Shown piece by piece: positions 38,869 to 52,500 of a DNA stretch of 64,000 nt. Source of the DNA: Octopus sinensis (lineage: Eukaryota); contig NC_043013.1 in assembly GCF_006345805.1 (NCBI RefSeq), positions 27,032,001 through 27,096,000 on the forward strand. Direction: 5' to 3'. The notes under the pieces are model-generated. The model did not search any database, had not been told where the DNA came from, and saw only the letters and a list, made by a program, of their open reading frames with translations. The first letter of the stretch is position 1; every line of letters starts with the position of its first letter. The position numbers were made by a program, and so were the translations under genes.

Positions 38869-39039
38869 TTGACCCTTTAGCATTTAAACTAGCCCTATCA
38901 GGCCCCTCATACCTATCTTACATTGTCATTCTAAAATTAAACAATCACATCTTTGAAATCTCAAAGCACGATTAATTCAAAACAATGTGGATGACTAAGC
39001 TTTACATTTCACAGTGTAATCTGAATGGTAAAAGGTTAC
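38869..39039. mobile_element. piggyBac-like MITE P2 (deleted, reverse orientation)
   Basis: CCCTTTAGCATTT...GAATGGTAAAAGG ends. Confidence 0.7.
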
Positions 39040-39217
39040 ACTGCTGCATTGTTTAATAGATATCCTTCCCTTTCTTAAGATAGCAGAGTGTAATTTGAAG
39101 GAGATTTGACTGTTATTTTTCACAGTTAACCAGATGTGCCTCATCACCTACTCTGTTGTGTATCTATGAATAAAACACCAAACTCATTCTCATATACTAC
39201 AAATTCAATCGGTAAGA

Positions 39218-39434
39218 TACAAAGAGGTGCTGAAAAGTTCCTGGCTTTGGGTAAATGAAAATACAGGAGGATCAATTAATAATGATTTTATTCAACATAT
39301 TCCCCTCTCAGATTTACATATTGCAATGGTCCTTCAGTTTTCCTAAACCGTGTAAAAGAACTCGGAATTTTGGTCCTCCAACTAAGCCTTTCATGATACC
39401 GTTGAAACCAGGAACTTTTCAGCACCTCCACGTA
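39218..39434. mobile_element. Mariner-type MITE
   Basis: Perfect 21-bp inverted repeat GAGGTGCTGAAAAGTTCCTGG within TAC...GTA ends; second copy at 44070-44293. Confidence 0.9.
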
Positions 39435-39687
39435 GGTAAGTACAGTACTTTGCTGCAAGAGGCGGAAACACTCCATCAGAAGAGAGTTCCGTCAATGGGT
39501 GAACAACCCAATAAAGATCTAAAAGAAACTGATGGAGCCAAAGCATCTCCCACCACACGACACGAATTAAAGCAAATGCCAAAAGCTAACAAACAGCCTG
39601 GTACTTCTACAATGTTGTCACCTATTTGCAGCTAGGTAAATCGAGCATTTGAGGGTTTAACTATATCGGAGACAGATATAATGCAAA

Positions 39688-39718
<31 letters not shown>

Positions 39719-39722
39719 TATT

Positions 39723-40038
39723 GAGTGGCTGTGTGATAAGTAGCTTGTTTACCAACCACATAGTGGTTGGCGTTAGGAAGGGCATCCAGCCGTAGAAACA
39801 CTGCCAGATCTGACTGGGCCTGACGAAGCCTTCCAGCTTCACAGACCCCAGTTGAACCGTCCAACCCATGCTAGCATGGAAAGCGGACGCTAAATGATGA
39901 TGATGATGATGATGGTGGTTCCAGGTTCAGTCCCACTGCGTGGCACCTTGGGCAACTGTCTTCTACTATAGCCTCGGGCCGACCAAAGCCTTGTGAGTGG
40001 ATTTGGTAGATGGAAACTAAAAAGAAGCCCGTCATATA

Positions 40039-40088
<50 letters not shown>

Positions 40089-40296
40089 ATTGTGTGTCTG
40101 TCTTTGTCCCCCTAGCATAGCGTGACAACCGATGCTGGTGTGTTTATGTCCCCGTTACTTAGCGGTTCGGCCAAAGAGATCGATAGAATAAGCACTGGGC
40201 TTACAAAAGAATAAGTCCCGGGGTCAAGTTGCTCGATTAAAGGCGGTGCTCCAGCATGGCCGCAGTCAAATGACTGAAACAAGTAAAAGAGAGTAA
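39723..40296 (+). mobile_element. SINE A with an E fragment (~39770-39913) inserted in the head
   Basis: The head is interrupted at ACCACAT|GGTTCC by the E sequence ending in (GAT)n. Confidence 0.88.
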
Positions 40297-40398
40297 CACT
40301 TAAACTGAGTGTCCACTGCTCTTAATGAATTGGCCATCTGTAAATGCCCTCACTTAATCCTCCAGCATTTGATCCTCCAGCATCAAATGTCATGCATA

Positions 40399-40759
40399 TT
40401 TACTCTTTTACTCTTTTACTTGTTTCAGTCATTTGACTGCGGCCATGCTGGAGCACCACCTTTTAGTACTTATTCTATCGGTCTCTTTTTGCCGAACCGC
40501 TAAGTGACGGGGACCTAAACACACCAGCATCGGTTGTCAAGCAATGCTAGAGGGACAAACACAGACACACAAACACACGCATACATATATATATACATAT
40601 ATACGACAGGCTTCTTTCAGTTTCCGTCTACCAAATCCACTCACAAGGCATTGGTCGGCCCGGGGCTATAGCAGAAGACACTTGCCCAAGATGCCACGCA
40701 GTGGGACTGAACCCGCAACCGTGTGGTTGGTTAGCAAGCTACTTACCACACAGCCACTC
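40399..40759 (-). mobile_element. SINE A
   Basis: Reverse-orientation copy with a small internal deletion. Confidence 0.9.
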
Positions 40760-40938
40760 ACATTATTTTAAATTAATCAAGCATTCTGTTGTAGCTTCAA
40801 GACTTTGAAGACATGATTGTTTATTTTTAGAATGACATTGCAGGGTAAGGTATGAAAGGCCAGATCAGGCTGGTTTAAGCATAAAACAGGTATTTGGGCC
40901 AGATATTGCCATTTCAAATGTTTATTAAATTAAATAAG

Positions 40939-41170
40939 TTAACCCTTTGGAATTCAGATTATTTTGTCAAATGTAATGCTTATTTAGTCACAATTTTTAA
41001 AGTTAATTCTGTATTGTCTTGTTGCTTTGAGATTTCAAGGATGTGATTATATATTTTTAGAATGACATTGTAGGGTAGGTGTGAGAGGTTGGATATGGCC
41101 AGTTTGAACATACAACAGGTAGAATATTTGGGCTGGATACATACAGCCAGTTTAAATGCTAAAAGGTTAA
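40939..41170. mobile_element. piggyBac-like MITE P2 (preceded by a P2 fragment at ~40780-40920)
   Basis: TTAA-CCCTTTGG...AATGCTAAAAGG-TTAA. Confidence 0.85.
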
Positions 41171-42887
41171 GTAAAATTCTGTGGTCTGTTGGCAGACCCT
41201 ATGTTGGAAGTCATCATTATTGTCAACATTGTTTAACTGGCCAGGCAGGAGCCTGTGCTATGCTTCTGTGTCTGTTTTGGCATGGTTTTTATAGCTGGAT
41301 GCCTTTCCAAATGCCAACTGTAAAAGTCATTAAAAAAAAATGAGTCACTGAAACTGAAGGATTTGTAGAGAATTTTCTCTAAATTTGTAAAGAACCTATT
41401 GTTTATGTGTGTGTATATCTGTGTGTCTTTTTTAAAGTATTGCAATGATCCAAACCTAAATTTTCAAACTTTACATCATCTGTCAAAAATCTTTACATCA
41501 TACTTAAGGATAAAACTATATTCTAAAAATGTTAGCTACATCTTGTAGCTTACTGTTTTACAAAACACTCAAAGATAGTCTTAATAGTGTTGGTGAAGAA
41601 TACTTGAGAAATTTTGAAGCCTAAAATATTATTTTAAGTAGATCTGGGAAAAATTCTTTCTTTTTTTCTTATTTCTTATATTTGTTGTTTTATTTCTGAA
41701 GCAAAAATAAATAAATAAATGACTGCTTTTGATGTTTTGTAAAGATACTTGTATTATGTCCCAAAAGAACATTAAATATGGTAGTTTAAGGGGGAGAAAA
41801 TGTATAATTTATTTGCTGATTTTTTCCCCCCACCACATGTAATTATCTGTCGAATAAATTACAGGAGACTTCATATCAATGAGTTTGATGATAGCTTGTG
41901 ACTGTGGACATTTCTCTACTCCCACTTCATCTCCTGATTTCATAAGGCATTATCATTATTAATTTATACATTTTAACATGACATAGTTAGAAAGCTCAAA
42001 TTCAAAAACTTACACTGCTATACTTAAACATGTTTGTACTGAAATCCTTTTGTCTGTTTATTATAATAGGTTGTGGTGGTGGTGTGTGTGTGGAGGGGGG
42101 TGGGGTGAGAGTGGAGAGAAGAATACTACTTAAGAGACATTAATTCAGTTCAGTGTTGAATAGGAAAGATGGATGGATGATGTAGAAATGTAAGCAAACT
42201 TGAATGTTACCATGGAATCATAATTTACATTGTTTTCTACATACATAGAAACAATTGCACACACACACACACACAAATGTATATTTGTGTGTATGTATGT
42301 ATGTATATATATATATATATTTATCTAAATATATATTTATCTAAATATTAGCAAGTATTTGTATATATTTAATATCATATATTAATACAATGTCTTAGAG
42401 CCTATTTCCATTTAGCACCAATGATTTAATGGTTAGATTTCTTATTAGTTCTGCTGCAATTGTCCATTATTTATTTTTTTTTTTTTTAATTTAATTTTCT
42501 TTTTAGATTGTTTGTGTGAATTTTTCTTCCCTATTTCTGTATTTTAAATGTTTGATATAATTTTCACAAAATTGTTCATATATTTCATTATCTTACATTC
42601 TAATTATCTTTTTTTTTTTACTTCCTATCATATTCTAAGCTTGACTTTAATTATTGTGATATTTGAAAAAAATAAATTTTTTTTCAAAAATAGAAGAAAA
42701 AATTTTCAAAAGTATCTTTTATGTAATTTTTAGTTATTTTCTATTTTTTTTTAAAATCATTTTTGTAAATAACAAGGATTCTTCAAGCCTTTTTGTTTTA
42801 TACATTTGCAACTTTAAATTTTTGGCCAAGAGATGAAGAAAAATAAAAGAAAAAAAATTACAAACTATCTTTTATTTTAGTTTATTT

Positions 42888-43240
42888 TATAGGCACTTGT
42901 GTGGTAAGGAGTTTTCATCCTAAGCACATGGTTCTGGGTTCAATCCCACTGTGTAGCATCTTGGGCAAGTGTCTTCTGTTATAGCCTTGAGCCAACAAAA
43001 GCCTTGTGAGTGGATTTGGTAAATGGAAACTGAAAGAAGCCCATCACGTGTGTCTGGATTTGTCCTCCACCATCATTTGACAACTGGTGTTGGTGTGTTT
43101 GCATCCCAGTAACTTGGTGGTTTGAGAAAAGTGACCAATAGAATAAGTACCAGGCTTAAAAAAAACAAGTACCAGGACCAGGTTGTTCAAGGCAGTGCTC
43201 CTGCATGGCTGCAGTCTAAACACTGACACAAGCAAAAGAT
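42888..43240 (+). mobile_element. SINE A
   Basis: Family motifs. Confidence 0.82.
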
Positions 43241-43374
43241 AAAAGACAGCTAGTATTGTTGTTAATAAACTTGTGTTTGTAACATAACAACAGGTTCTTC
43301 CATAGAATTAAGACAGAAAGTTTTAATTTAAAATGAGAGGTTTTGTAGTTTGGAATCTTGGCTGATCTGAGAGC

Positions 43375-43592
43375 TTAAGTTCTTTGTTAGCATATTTAAA
43401 GGTACTGTTGAAATACTCCACCGTTATTTGAATTCATTTTGAAAATTATGAAGAATTTAATAATATATCATTATCAAACTGGTGTTTGAAACAAATTAAC
43501 AAGAAGGTTTATTTTAAATCACTCTAAAATAGGAAGTTTGCATCTTAGAACACCAAGGTCAGTTTCAAGTGGATTGGTGTCAAAAGGGTTAA
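43375..43592. mobile_element. piggyBac-like MITE, P1-related subfamily
   Basis: TTAA at both ends and a GGTGTCAAAAGGG-TTAA right end; related fragment at ~53205-53340. Confidence 0.65.
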
Positions 43593-44069
43593 GTGGAAAG
43601 CAGTTACGTTTGTACATATGTATGCACACCTCACAGATACATAGGCATAGTAGAGAGTACTTTTAAAGAAGTAGCTGACATGCAGGTAGCTGTTCTGTCA
43701 GGAGGAAAGACTAAGTCTTTGACTTCCAGTATCTTAATTGGCATTTAGATTTGTGGTTATTTGATAGCATACTCAATCCTAATTGCATAAAGTGCCCCAT
43801 CTGTTATGATATCCAATTAAGGAATTATGGTTTGTTCTGCTACATTAATTAATACTTAATTCTAAGTTCATATACTTTTATTTATTTGTTAGTCTTTAAT
43901 CATAAGAGTGAAACATCATTAACATTAAATTCAGACACCACTCACAAGCACGAAACACATTAATCTCACATCAATCATGACATGTGTAAACAATGCAATT
44001 CAAAGCGAAAAATACGGTGGTGGTGGTGGTGGTGGGGAGGGAGAACTCTGTTATACATGTATCTATACA

Positions 44070-44293
44070 TACAAGTGGGTGCTGAATAGTTCCTTGCTTT
44101 AAGGATATTGCAAAAGGTCTGGGCAGAGGTCCAACCTTCTAAGTTTTTTTTACAGGGCTTAGAAAAAAACTGAAGGACCATTGCAATAAATGTGTGAATC
44201 TGAGAAGGGAGTATGTTGAATAAAATCATAATTAACTTATCCTCCTATATTTTCTTTTACTCAAAGCCAGGAACTTTTCAGTATCCCCTCATA
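44070..44293. mobile_element. Mariner-type MITE (second copy, reverse orientation)
   Basis: GGGTGCTGAATAGTTCC / GGAACTTTTCAGTATCCC ends; body is the reverse complement of 39218-39434. Confidence 0.85.
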
Positions 44294-45209
44294 TGTGGGC
44301 ACAGGTGTGACTGGTTGAGAAGCTTCTATTCCAACCATGTAGCCTTGGGTTCTGTCCCACTGCATGGAACCTTAGGCAGATGTCTTCTACTATAGCTCTG
44401 AGCTAACCAAAGCTTTGTGAGTGGATTTGGTAGATGGAAACTGAAAGAAGCCCATCATGTGTGTGTATATATATTTATAGTTATTCATTATTAATTGTGG
44501 ATACATTATCCATATTAAGATATACAAACTCACATATATAATTTTTTTTTGTGTGTGTGTTAGTGTGTGTTTACCCTTCTCTAGATGTCATGTGAAGCTT
44601 GTAAATAAGCACCACATCATACAAGCAGTGTCCTTTGCTTGTATGATGCAAAACATGTCTGGTCATAGGGAAATATTATCTTACTTGGAATTAAATGGAG
44701 GTTGGTAAACAGGAAGGGCATCAAACCACAGAAAATCTGCCTCAACAAATTGCACTGGATCCAGGCAAGCATGGAAAAGTGGACATTAAGTGATGATTGG
44801 TCGATGACGAGACAACTTCACAAAATATTTGTGTTTGTGTGTATATATGTGCATAGAAAGACAAATTCATTTCCTTTACATAACACACACATGCACGTAT
44901 TTACATATTGTCTATATACAGTAAATCAATTTATTGTATTTTGATATATAAAGTAACACAGTACAATAATTTACATTGCAAAAAGAAAACAAGGTTGAAT
45001 TACTGAATCATGGAGTAACACATATCCACCATGACTGAAATTTTCAGCTGAAGGGAATAATATTTGCATACGGAATTCCAAGGCAAAAACTGTAATGTCT
45101 TAACAATGCAATGTTTTTTTTTTTATATCATTCTTCCATGGACAGCAACAGATACACAGTTCAGTTACCTGACAAGAAAACATGAACACTCTTTTTATTG
45201 TTGTTACTG

Positions 45210-45570
45210 CATTTATACTCTTTTACTTGTTTCAGTCATTTGATTGTGGCCATGCCAGAGCACTACCTTTCGTCGAGGAAGTCAACCCCCAGACTTATTC
45301 TTTGTAAGCCTAGTACTTATGCTATCGGTCTCTTTTCCCAAACCGCTAAGTTACGGGGATGTATACACACCAGCATCAGTTGTCAAGCGATGTTACACAC
45401 ATATATACGATGGGCTTCTTTCAGTTTCTGTCTACCAAATCCACTCACAAAGCTTTGGTCGGCCTGCGGCTATAGTAGAAGACACTTGCCCAAGGTGCCC
45501 CGCAGTGGAACTGAACCCGGAACCCTGTAGTTTGTAAGCAAACTACTTACCACACAGCTACTCTTATGCC
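45210..45570 (-). mobile_element. SINE A
   Basis: Family motifs in reverse. Confidence 0.85.
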
Positions 45571-45719
45571 ATACATATGCAAAACTTTTTGCGTGTTTGC
45601 TCATATATACAGCAACCTCTGTCGCTAACCATGAGCTATAAAATTAAACTTTTTTCAGCTTATCATACTTCGATATAGGAACAATTCACAACCTTCTGCT
45701 CCAATAAACCACTATTGTA

Positions 45720-45865
45720 CATTATTTACATTTGACGGATATTTGTCTTTATCTTGTTTGTTGTTAACAATGTTTTGGCTGATATACCCTCCAGCCTACA
45801 TCAGGTGTCTTAGGGAGATTTCGAACCTGGGCTCTTATTCCTAAGGTATTTTTCGATATTATTAC
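45720..45865 (-). mobile_element. PLE-terminus-like fragment with a degenerate hammerhead
   Basis: Minus strand CTGATGT-A-GGCTG(GAGGGTATAT)CAGCC-AAAAC-ATT; adjacent to (AAT)n. Confidence 0.55.
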
Positions 45866-45897
<32 letters not shown>

Positions 45898-46653
45898 CGG
45901 TCACTGCCTGGAATTGAACTCAGAATTTGTTCTTGAAAGTTGTTTTTTTTATATCTTCTATGGATTGCTTGAAGCTCACTAACTTCTTATACTTTGATCC
46001 TTGGATCTTACCTTTACACACACACACACACAGGTGCTGCATCCCATGTGGTAAGTGTGTTTCCCAACCACAAGGTTCCGGGTTCAGTCTCATTGTGTGG
46101 AACCTTGGGCAAGTGTCTTCTACTATAACCTTAGGCTATAGTAATTTGTGGAGGCATATTGCCTATGACTGGATGCACTTCCTGTCACTAACCTTCACCT
46201 GTTTCCAAGCAAGGTAATATTTTCCTATGGTAAGATATGTTTTTCCATGGAACACTGGTAACAAACAGTTGCTTGTGTGATGATTTGCTTATTTACAGCC
46301 ATCACACATCTAGACAAGGGAGTACACACACACAACAGGCTTCTTTCAATTTCCATCTACCAAATCCACCCACAAGTCTTTGATTGGTCCAAGACTATAG
46401 TAGGAGGCATTTGCTTAAGGTACCAGTGTGTGTGTGTGTGTGTATTCATATATATTTTGATGATGATAATGATGTATATAATGATATTGCATCACTGGAA
46501 ACTAAGTCTGTGGATTTGCTTGTGTCACTTTCCCGACACTAACATCTATTAATTCCTTACAAGCTTTCATTTGTGTACAAAAGTGTATATAAATAGTGGA
46601 CACTTCCATTTAATTTGATCTTTCAAATATCCTTCCTCCATTTTGATAGCACG

Positions 46654-46687
<34 letters not shown>

Positions 46688-47886
46688 GGAAGATGTACAC
46701 ACTGTTCTTTCTTTCAACTTATAATAATATCTAAATTGATTTTTCGGACAAGCCATTTTGGTTCCAAGTCGTTAAGATCTCGCTGAAAGTAAATTTCTGA
46801 CAGGTCTTCGTTTTTGATAGACTTACACATAACAGATTCAATTAAGTGGATAGTTGAAGACCAGGCGTTATCATGGCATGTCCAGTGTGTTGGATCTGTC
46901 GGTGGACATTCACAGTTTGTAAAAATTTACTACCTCCCTGCCAAAGGTCTGCTTGGTCAGATCTCACCATTCTCACTGAACAATAACATTTCCCAGGTTT
47001 GGTTAGTTTGCATTAATCTACAAGATGCAAGGGGCCATTTTTCTGGTTTCTCTGGTGAATATATTCCTCCCTGGATGGGATGCCCATCTAACATAGGATT
47101 CACTCTTTTTTACCAGCTGAGTGGACTGGAGCAATATGAAATTGTTTTGCTGAAGAACACAATGCATTGCCTGGTTCAGGAATTGAAACCACAATCTTAC
47201 AATCATGAATCGAACACCTAAACCACTAAGTTATGCATGTCCACTCCCAGGTTTGCTAGTACAAAATGAGAGTTGCCTGTCTCTGAAACCTGAAAACAAT
47301 GGGAAATTTTCTGGCGTGTGTATGTATGCACATTTCTTCATACATGAAATTCATTTAAATTATGTTTCTACATTTTTAAACAATTTTTTTTTCTTTAAAA
47401 TGAAATTTTTATTATGATATATAATTGAACTCCCTTGGAAGTATTAAATAGAATAATCATTAAAAATGTAATTTAATTCAATTCCAATTTATTTTTCCCC
47501 CAAGTAAAACTTCTACAAGCCACATGATAAAATTAAATATTACAAAATGATGAGGTTGATGATGACAACGATAATGAGGATGATGACATAGAAAACTTTT
47601 TACATTGTAGAATGGAAAGCACCCATGAGATTAACTGAGGAAGGGATAATAAAATGAAACAAGAAAGATTTAATCAAAATGGGTATCCACTCCTGCACAT
47701 GTTTTAGAGAATGGTTAAAATATTATTGTAATTACATGCAGATGCAGGTGTGACAGCATGGTAAAGAAATTTGCTTCCTCACCATGTGGTCTTGATCCCA
47801 CAGCATAGTGCCTTGGGCAAGTGTCTTCTACTATAGTGCTGTGCTGACTAAAGTCTTGCTAGTGGATTTGGTAAGAAGAAACTAAA

Positions 47887-48117
47887 AGGTGGCGAGCTGG
47901 CAGAAACGTTAGCACGCTGTGCAAAATGCTTAGCGGTATTTCGTCTGCCACTACATTCTGAGTTCAAATTCCGCCGAGGTTGACTTTGCCTTTCATCCTT
48001 TTGTGGTTGATTAAATAAGTACCAGTTATGCACTGGGGTTGATATAATCGACTTCATCCATTTGTCTGTCTTTGTTTGTCCTCTCTGTGTGTAGCCCCTT
48101 GTGGGCAGTAAAGAAAT
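47887..48117 (+). mobile_element. Full-length SINE C inserted in a SINE A, 13-bp TSD
   Basis: TSD AAGAAACTAAAAG at 47876-47888 and 48118-48130. Confidence 0.92.
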
Positions 48118-48377
48118 AAGAAACTAAAAGAAGCCAATTGTGTGTGCCTGCATGCGTGCACCTTTGTCTTGATATCAGGCATTGGTTGTAAAAGAGCATC
48201 ACCTGCATACAAGTGGTGTTGTTTGTTTCCGGTGTTCCATGAAAAACATGTCTAGCCAAGGGGAAATATTACCTTGCCTGGAAACAGGTAAGGGTTGGTG
48301 ACAGGGAGGCCATCCAGCTATAGAAAATCTGCCTCAGAAAATTGCATCTGATCCATGTAGGCATAGAAAAGTGGACA

Positions 48378-48602
48378 TTAACCCATTAGCATTCAGATTA
48401 ATCCGTCAACTGTAGTGCTTATTTATCCACAGTATTTTGAATTAATCAGGCATTATCTCTTAGCTTTGTGATTTTGATGATGTGATTATTGTTAGTGTGA
48501 CATTGTAGGGTAGGTGTGAAAGGCCAGATCTGGCCAGTTTGAACATAAAAACAGATCAAATATCTAGGTCAGATATGGCCTATTTGAATGCAAAAGTGTT
48601 AG
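48378..48602. mobile_element. piggyBac-like MITE P2
   Basis: TTAA-CCCATTAGCATTCAG left end; family body. Confidence 0.8.
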
Positions 48603-48639
48603 AGAATTAACCTGTTTTGTCTTCTACTTCAGAAAAATA

Positions 48640-48990
48640 TTCCCAACCACATGGTTCTGGGTTCAGTCCCACTGCATAGCAGTTTGGGCAAGTGTCTTCT
48701 ACTATAGCTTCAGGCTAACCAAAGCCTTATAAGTGGATTTGGTAGATGGAAACTGAAAGAAGCCAGTTATGTATATATTTATGTGTGTGTATCTTTGTGT
48801 CTGTGTTTGTCCCCCCACCATCGCTTGACACCTGATGTTGGTGTATTTATGTCCCTGAAACATAGTGGTTCGGCAAAAGAGACCGATAGAATAAGTACTA
48901 GGCTTACAAAGAATAAGTTATGGGATTGATTTGTTTGACTAAAAGTGGTGCTCCAGCATGGCTACAGTCAAATGACTGAAATGTGTAAAA
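48640..48990 (+). mobile_element. SINE A (5' truncated)
   Basis: Family motifs. Confidence 0.85.
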
Positions 48991-51025
48991 AAAAAGGTGA
49001 AAGAGAATTATTTTGCTGAACACTCATAAATTTCATTGAAATATTAATGCAATATTTTGGTAAATAATATTTGTTCGTGATAAAGATGATTAATTGAAAA
49101 TACAGCAGTGCTGAATAAGAAATGAATATGATATAGGAGGAACTGTTTAGCTTTTCTCAACATGCTTCCAATCCATCATGTAAGACATACACAGCACCAG
49201 AATTGGTTAGTTTACTGTGTGCTATGCATCTAAGATGTGTTGACCCATTCATCCATGCCTACACAGAAAAACAAATGTAAAATGATGATATGAAAATAAT
49301 CCTGCTGCCATGAGGGGTTATTTATTGAGCATCTAAAAATTCCTAAGTAATAAACCCCTACTGAAAATCTTGAGAGTGGGGTCCTAAGGCAGATATGTAT
49401 GGTTATATTTGACCAATTCTTGGCATCTCCTGCAGTTCTGTGGATGCAACAAATGTATTGACTTGTCTTTCCTTCATGGTGTAGCCATGAATAAGTCTTT
49501 CCTTCATGGCGTAGCCACGAATGGGAAGGTGGTAAGCATACATGGGGGAAAGGTATTTTCTTCTGGAAACAGTTCAGGCACAGCAGATGTGATTAAGTTT
49601 CTGACTCTGTAATACCGCCAAGCAACAATGAAAAAGGCCAGCCATAGTGTTTGTCTGCTTCTTATTCTCATTTGATATGCTTTTGACATTGAAAGCATTT
49701 TAATGGAGAAGTTGGGGTTTTTTTTTTTGTTTTTGTTTTTTATTCCCAATGTTCCATTTCGCATGAGGTTTTAGCATTTGACATTCTACTGTCTCTTTTA
49801 TAAAAACAATATGGCTTGCTATATTTTGTTTTGTGTCAGGTTTTTCCATTCTGTATTGTTCAACTAAGAACTTAGACTTTACTTTGACATGCAGAAAAGT
49901 TTCATTTATCATTGAAAATACTGTTAGAAAAATTTAAGAGATAAGTTTATGAAAGTTTGGCGGATTAAAATGAGAGGCACTAAAATAGTATTATTTGTCC
50001 GAATATTGGGAGCGGGGTGGAATTGTTGTTATGGATTTGGCAAAAGAATTTAATAAAAACAAAATAAAATTAAATAAAAGTGAAAGATTAAGATGAACAA
50101 GTATAGAAAACTATATTTTTGGAAATAAATGGATAAAAGGCAAATGTCTTCAGCATATCCTTTAAAACCAAAAGGAGAATTTTTTTTTTTTTTACAGAAA
50201 TTCATTTGACCTGTATTTCAGGCCTTTAGTATTGTATGGTTCTGATTTATGCAATAGATAAGATTAGAATCTATTGTAAGTGGATGGCAACCAAAGCAAT
50301 CTTCACATGGAAGACCATCGTGATTGACAAAAAGTAGAAAGAGTTAGCTTATGAAAGGAATTATAAGACTTGGGAAATGTGATAGAATGGCAAAATGGTT
50401 AGATACTTCATAATGTTTGTTCTGGTTCCTTATATTCTGAGTTCAGATCCTACCAAGATCAACTTTGCCTTTCATCTCACTGAGGTTGATTAAGTGCCAT
50501 CAGTCAAGTATTGAGTGAGGGCCAGTTTAGTCATTAACCCCACCCCCCACCCTAAAATTTCTGGCATTGTACCAGTATTAGAAATAATTACTTTTCTTTC
50601 ATCTCCAGGATCATTGAAATAATTAGCAATCAAATATAAGGGTTTGCTTAATTGACTCATCTCCTTCAATTACCCACCCCACTGTTGTAGCCATATTCTT
50701 ATACAAGACTTCAAAATCATTAGCGTACCTGGCATTTTGTCTGTCTTTACATTCTGAGGTTGACTTTGCCTTTCATACTTTCGGGGTTAGTAAAATAAGT
50801 ACCAGTTGAACACTGGGGGTCAATGTAATCCACTAGTCCCTTCCCTCAAAATTTCAGGTCTTGTTCCTACAGCAGAAAGGATCATCATCATCAGCATCAT
50901 TATTAAAATAAAGAGCAGCAGAAACAGGGTGCCATACTAAGATGGTTATTCTTTGAGAGGGTGTGGAGTTGGCATAGTTGGAGAAAGTGACTTGTTTCTC
51001 TTCTTTCTAAGTTGGGTCCTTCCTT

Positions 51026-51253
51026 TTAACCCATTCATTACCATATTTCTGTTGAGATGCTCTGTGTTGCTTTCAATTAATTTTAAATATAACAAAGAGT
51101 TTAGTAAAATAACTTATTTATCATTAAGCTTGTGTTAGAAACATAAATTGTGACTAAGGTTTGGTGGAAGATTTTAATTCAAAACATGAAAACAAGACAT
51201 TTGTACAACTGAGCCAGAGCCGGTTTCAGCTGGGTTGGTATCGAAAGGGTTAA
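51026..51253. mobile_element. piggyBac-like MITE P1
   Basis: TTAA-CCCATTC...GAAAGGG-TTAA. Confidence 0.85.
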
Positions 51254-51429
51254 AGTTGATAAATATACCAATAATATATATAAAAGCAAATACAATCACC
51301 CATGCACTCCTCTTCATTGCATTGGCCTTGTGCTTATTCAAAAAAGGGTCCATTGGGGGTGGGGCACTGTTGGGTGTCTCCAACTGTCCCCTGGTGATCT
51401 GAATCCCTGTCGGAATATTCCATTTCCTT

Positions 51430-51659
51430 TTAACCCATTAAGCATTCAGATTACTCGGTCAAATGTGATGTTTACTTGATCATATTTTTAAAAATTAATT
51501 GTGCATTATTTTGTAGCTTCAAGATTTTGAGGATGTGATTGTTTATTTTTAGAATGACATTGCAGAGTAGGTGTGAGAGGTTTGATCTGGCCATCTTCCA
51601 CAAAAAAAGGGTTAGAATTTTGGGGCTAGATATGGCTGGTTTAAGTGCTAAAGAGTTAA
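51430..51659. mobile_element. piggyBac-like MITE P2
   Basis: TTAA-CCCATTAAGC...GCTAAAGAG-TTAA. Confidence 0.85.
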
Positions 51660-52052
51660 ACAAGTAATTTTCCATGCCTGTTTCCTCACACTCAGGTCTA
51701 TGTAAACTTACAGTTATTTTTTTTTGTTGTTGTTTTTGTTATTTGTCCTTGTAATGTCTCCCTCAGCTGGTGTCCTTCAGGCAAATAAAAGAAATCATTA
51801 ATTATAATTATTGTTTTCTGCATTGTTTTTTTTTTTTTGGTTTTTGTTTAGGATATTATGCTAGAGATTGTTGTTGCCTTTGGATATGAATCACAACTAA
51901 TAATCTGGCAACCCTAATATATATTTTATTTCATGCTGCTTTAGATCTTCCCTATATTAAAAAAACAAGAAAAGTTATTCAAACTGACTATTCCTGTATT
52001 GATTTATTAATAACTTTTTTTTTCTTCTTTGTGTATGAGTGTCACTGGCTAA

Positions 52053-52116
<64 letters not shown>

Positions 52117-52249
52117 TCTTTTATGTCATACAATTATATAAATGAACCATCCCCTTTATACATAATATTAGCGTGCATCTAACCAGTTACTGTATTCATG
52201 TACATATGCAGACATACATGCATACCCAACACTCATATATATATGTATG

Positions 52250-52284
<35 letters not shown>

Positions 52285-52500
52285 GGAGATTTTTCATTAA
52301 AACCCTAAGATAAAAGTAAGCAATGCAATCAACTGCTTGTTGATAGCATTTGAATCAGAAAATGAATCAGTTGTGTAAAAGGAGGGGAAATCAGTTATTT
52401 AGCATCTTGTAAGATAGAGTCAACAAATTTTATTTCTTTTCCATCCAAGCAGTTGATCAGTTGAATCATATACATTTATTTAAACAATATGAGTGAGACG

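Noticed and set aside
49475-49525. Two ~27-bp direct repeats (GTCTTTCCTTCATGG.GTAGCCA.GAAT)
   Set aside because: Simple adjacent duplication with only two units and no spacer; not CRISPR-like. No CRISPR array or prokaryotic system is present in this eukaryotic window.
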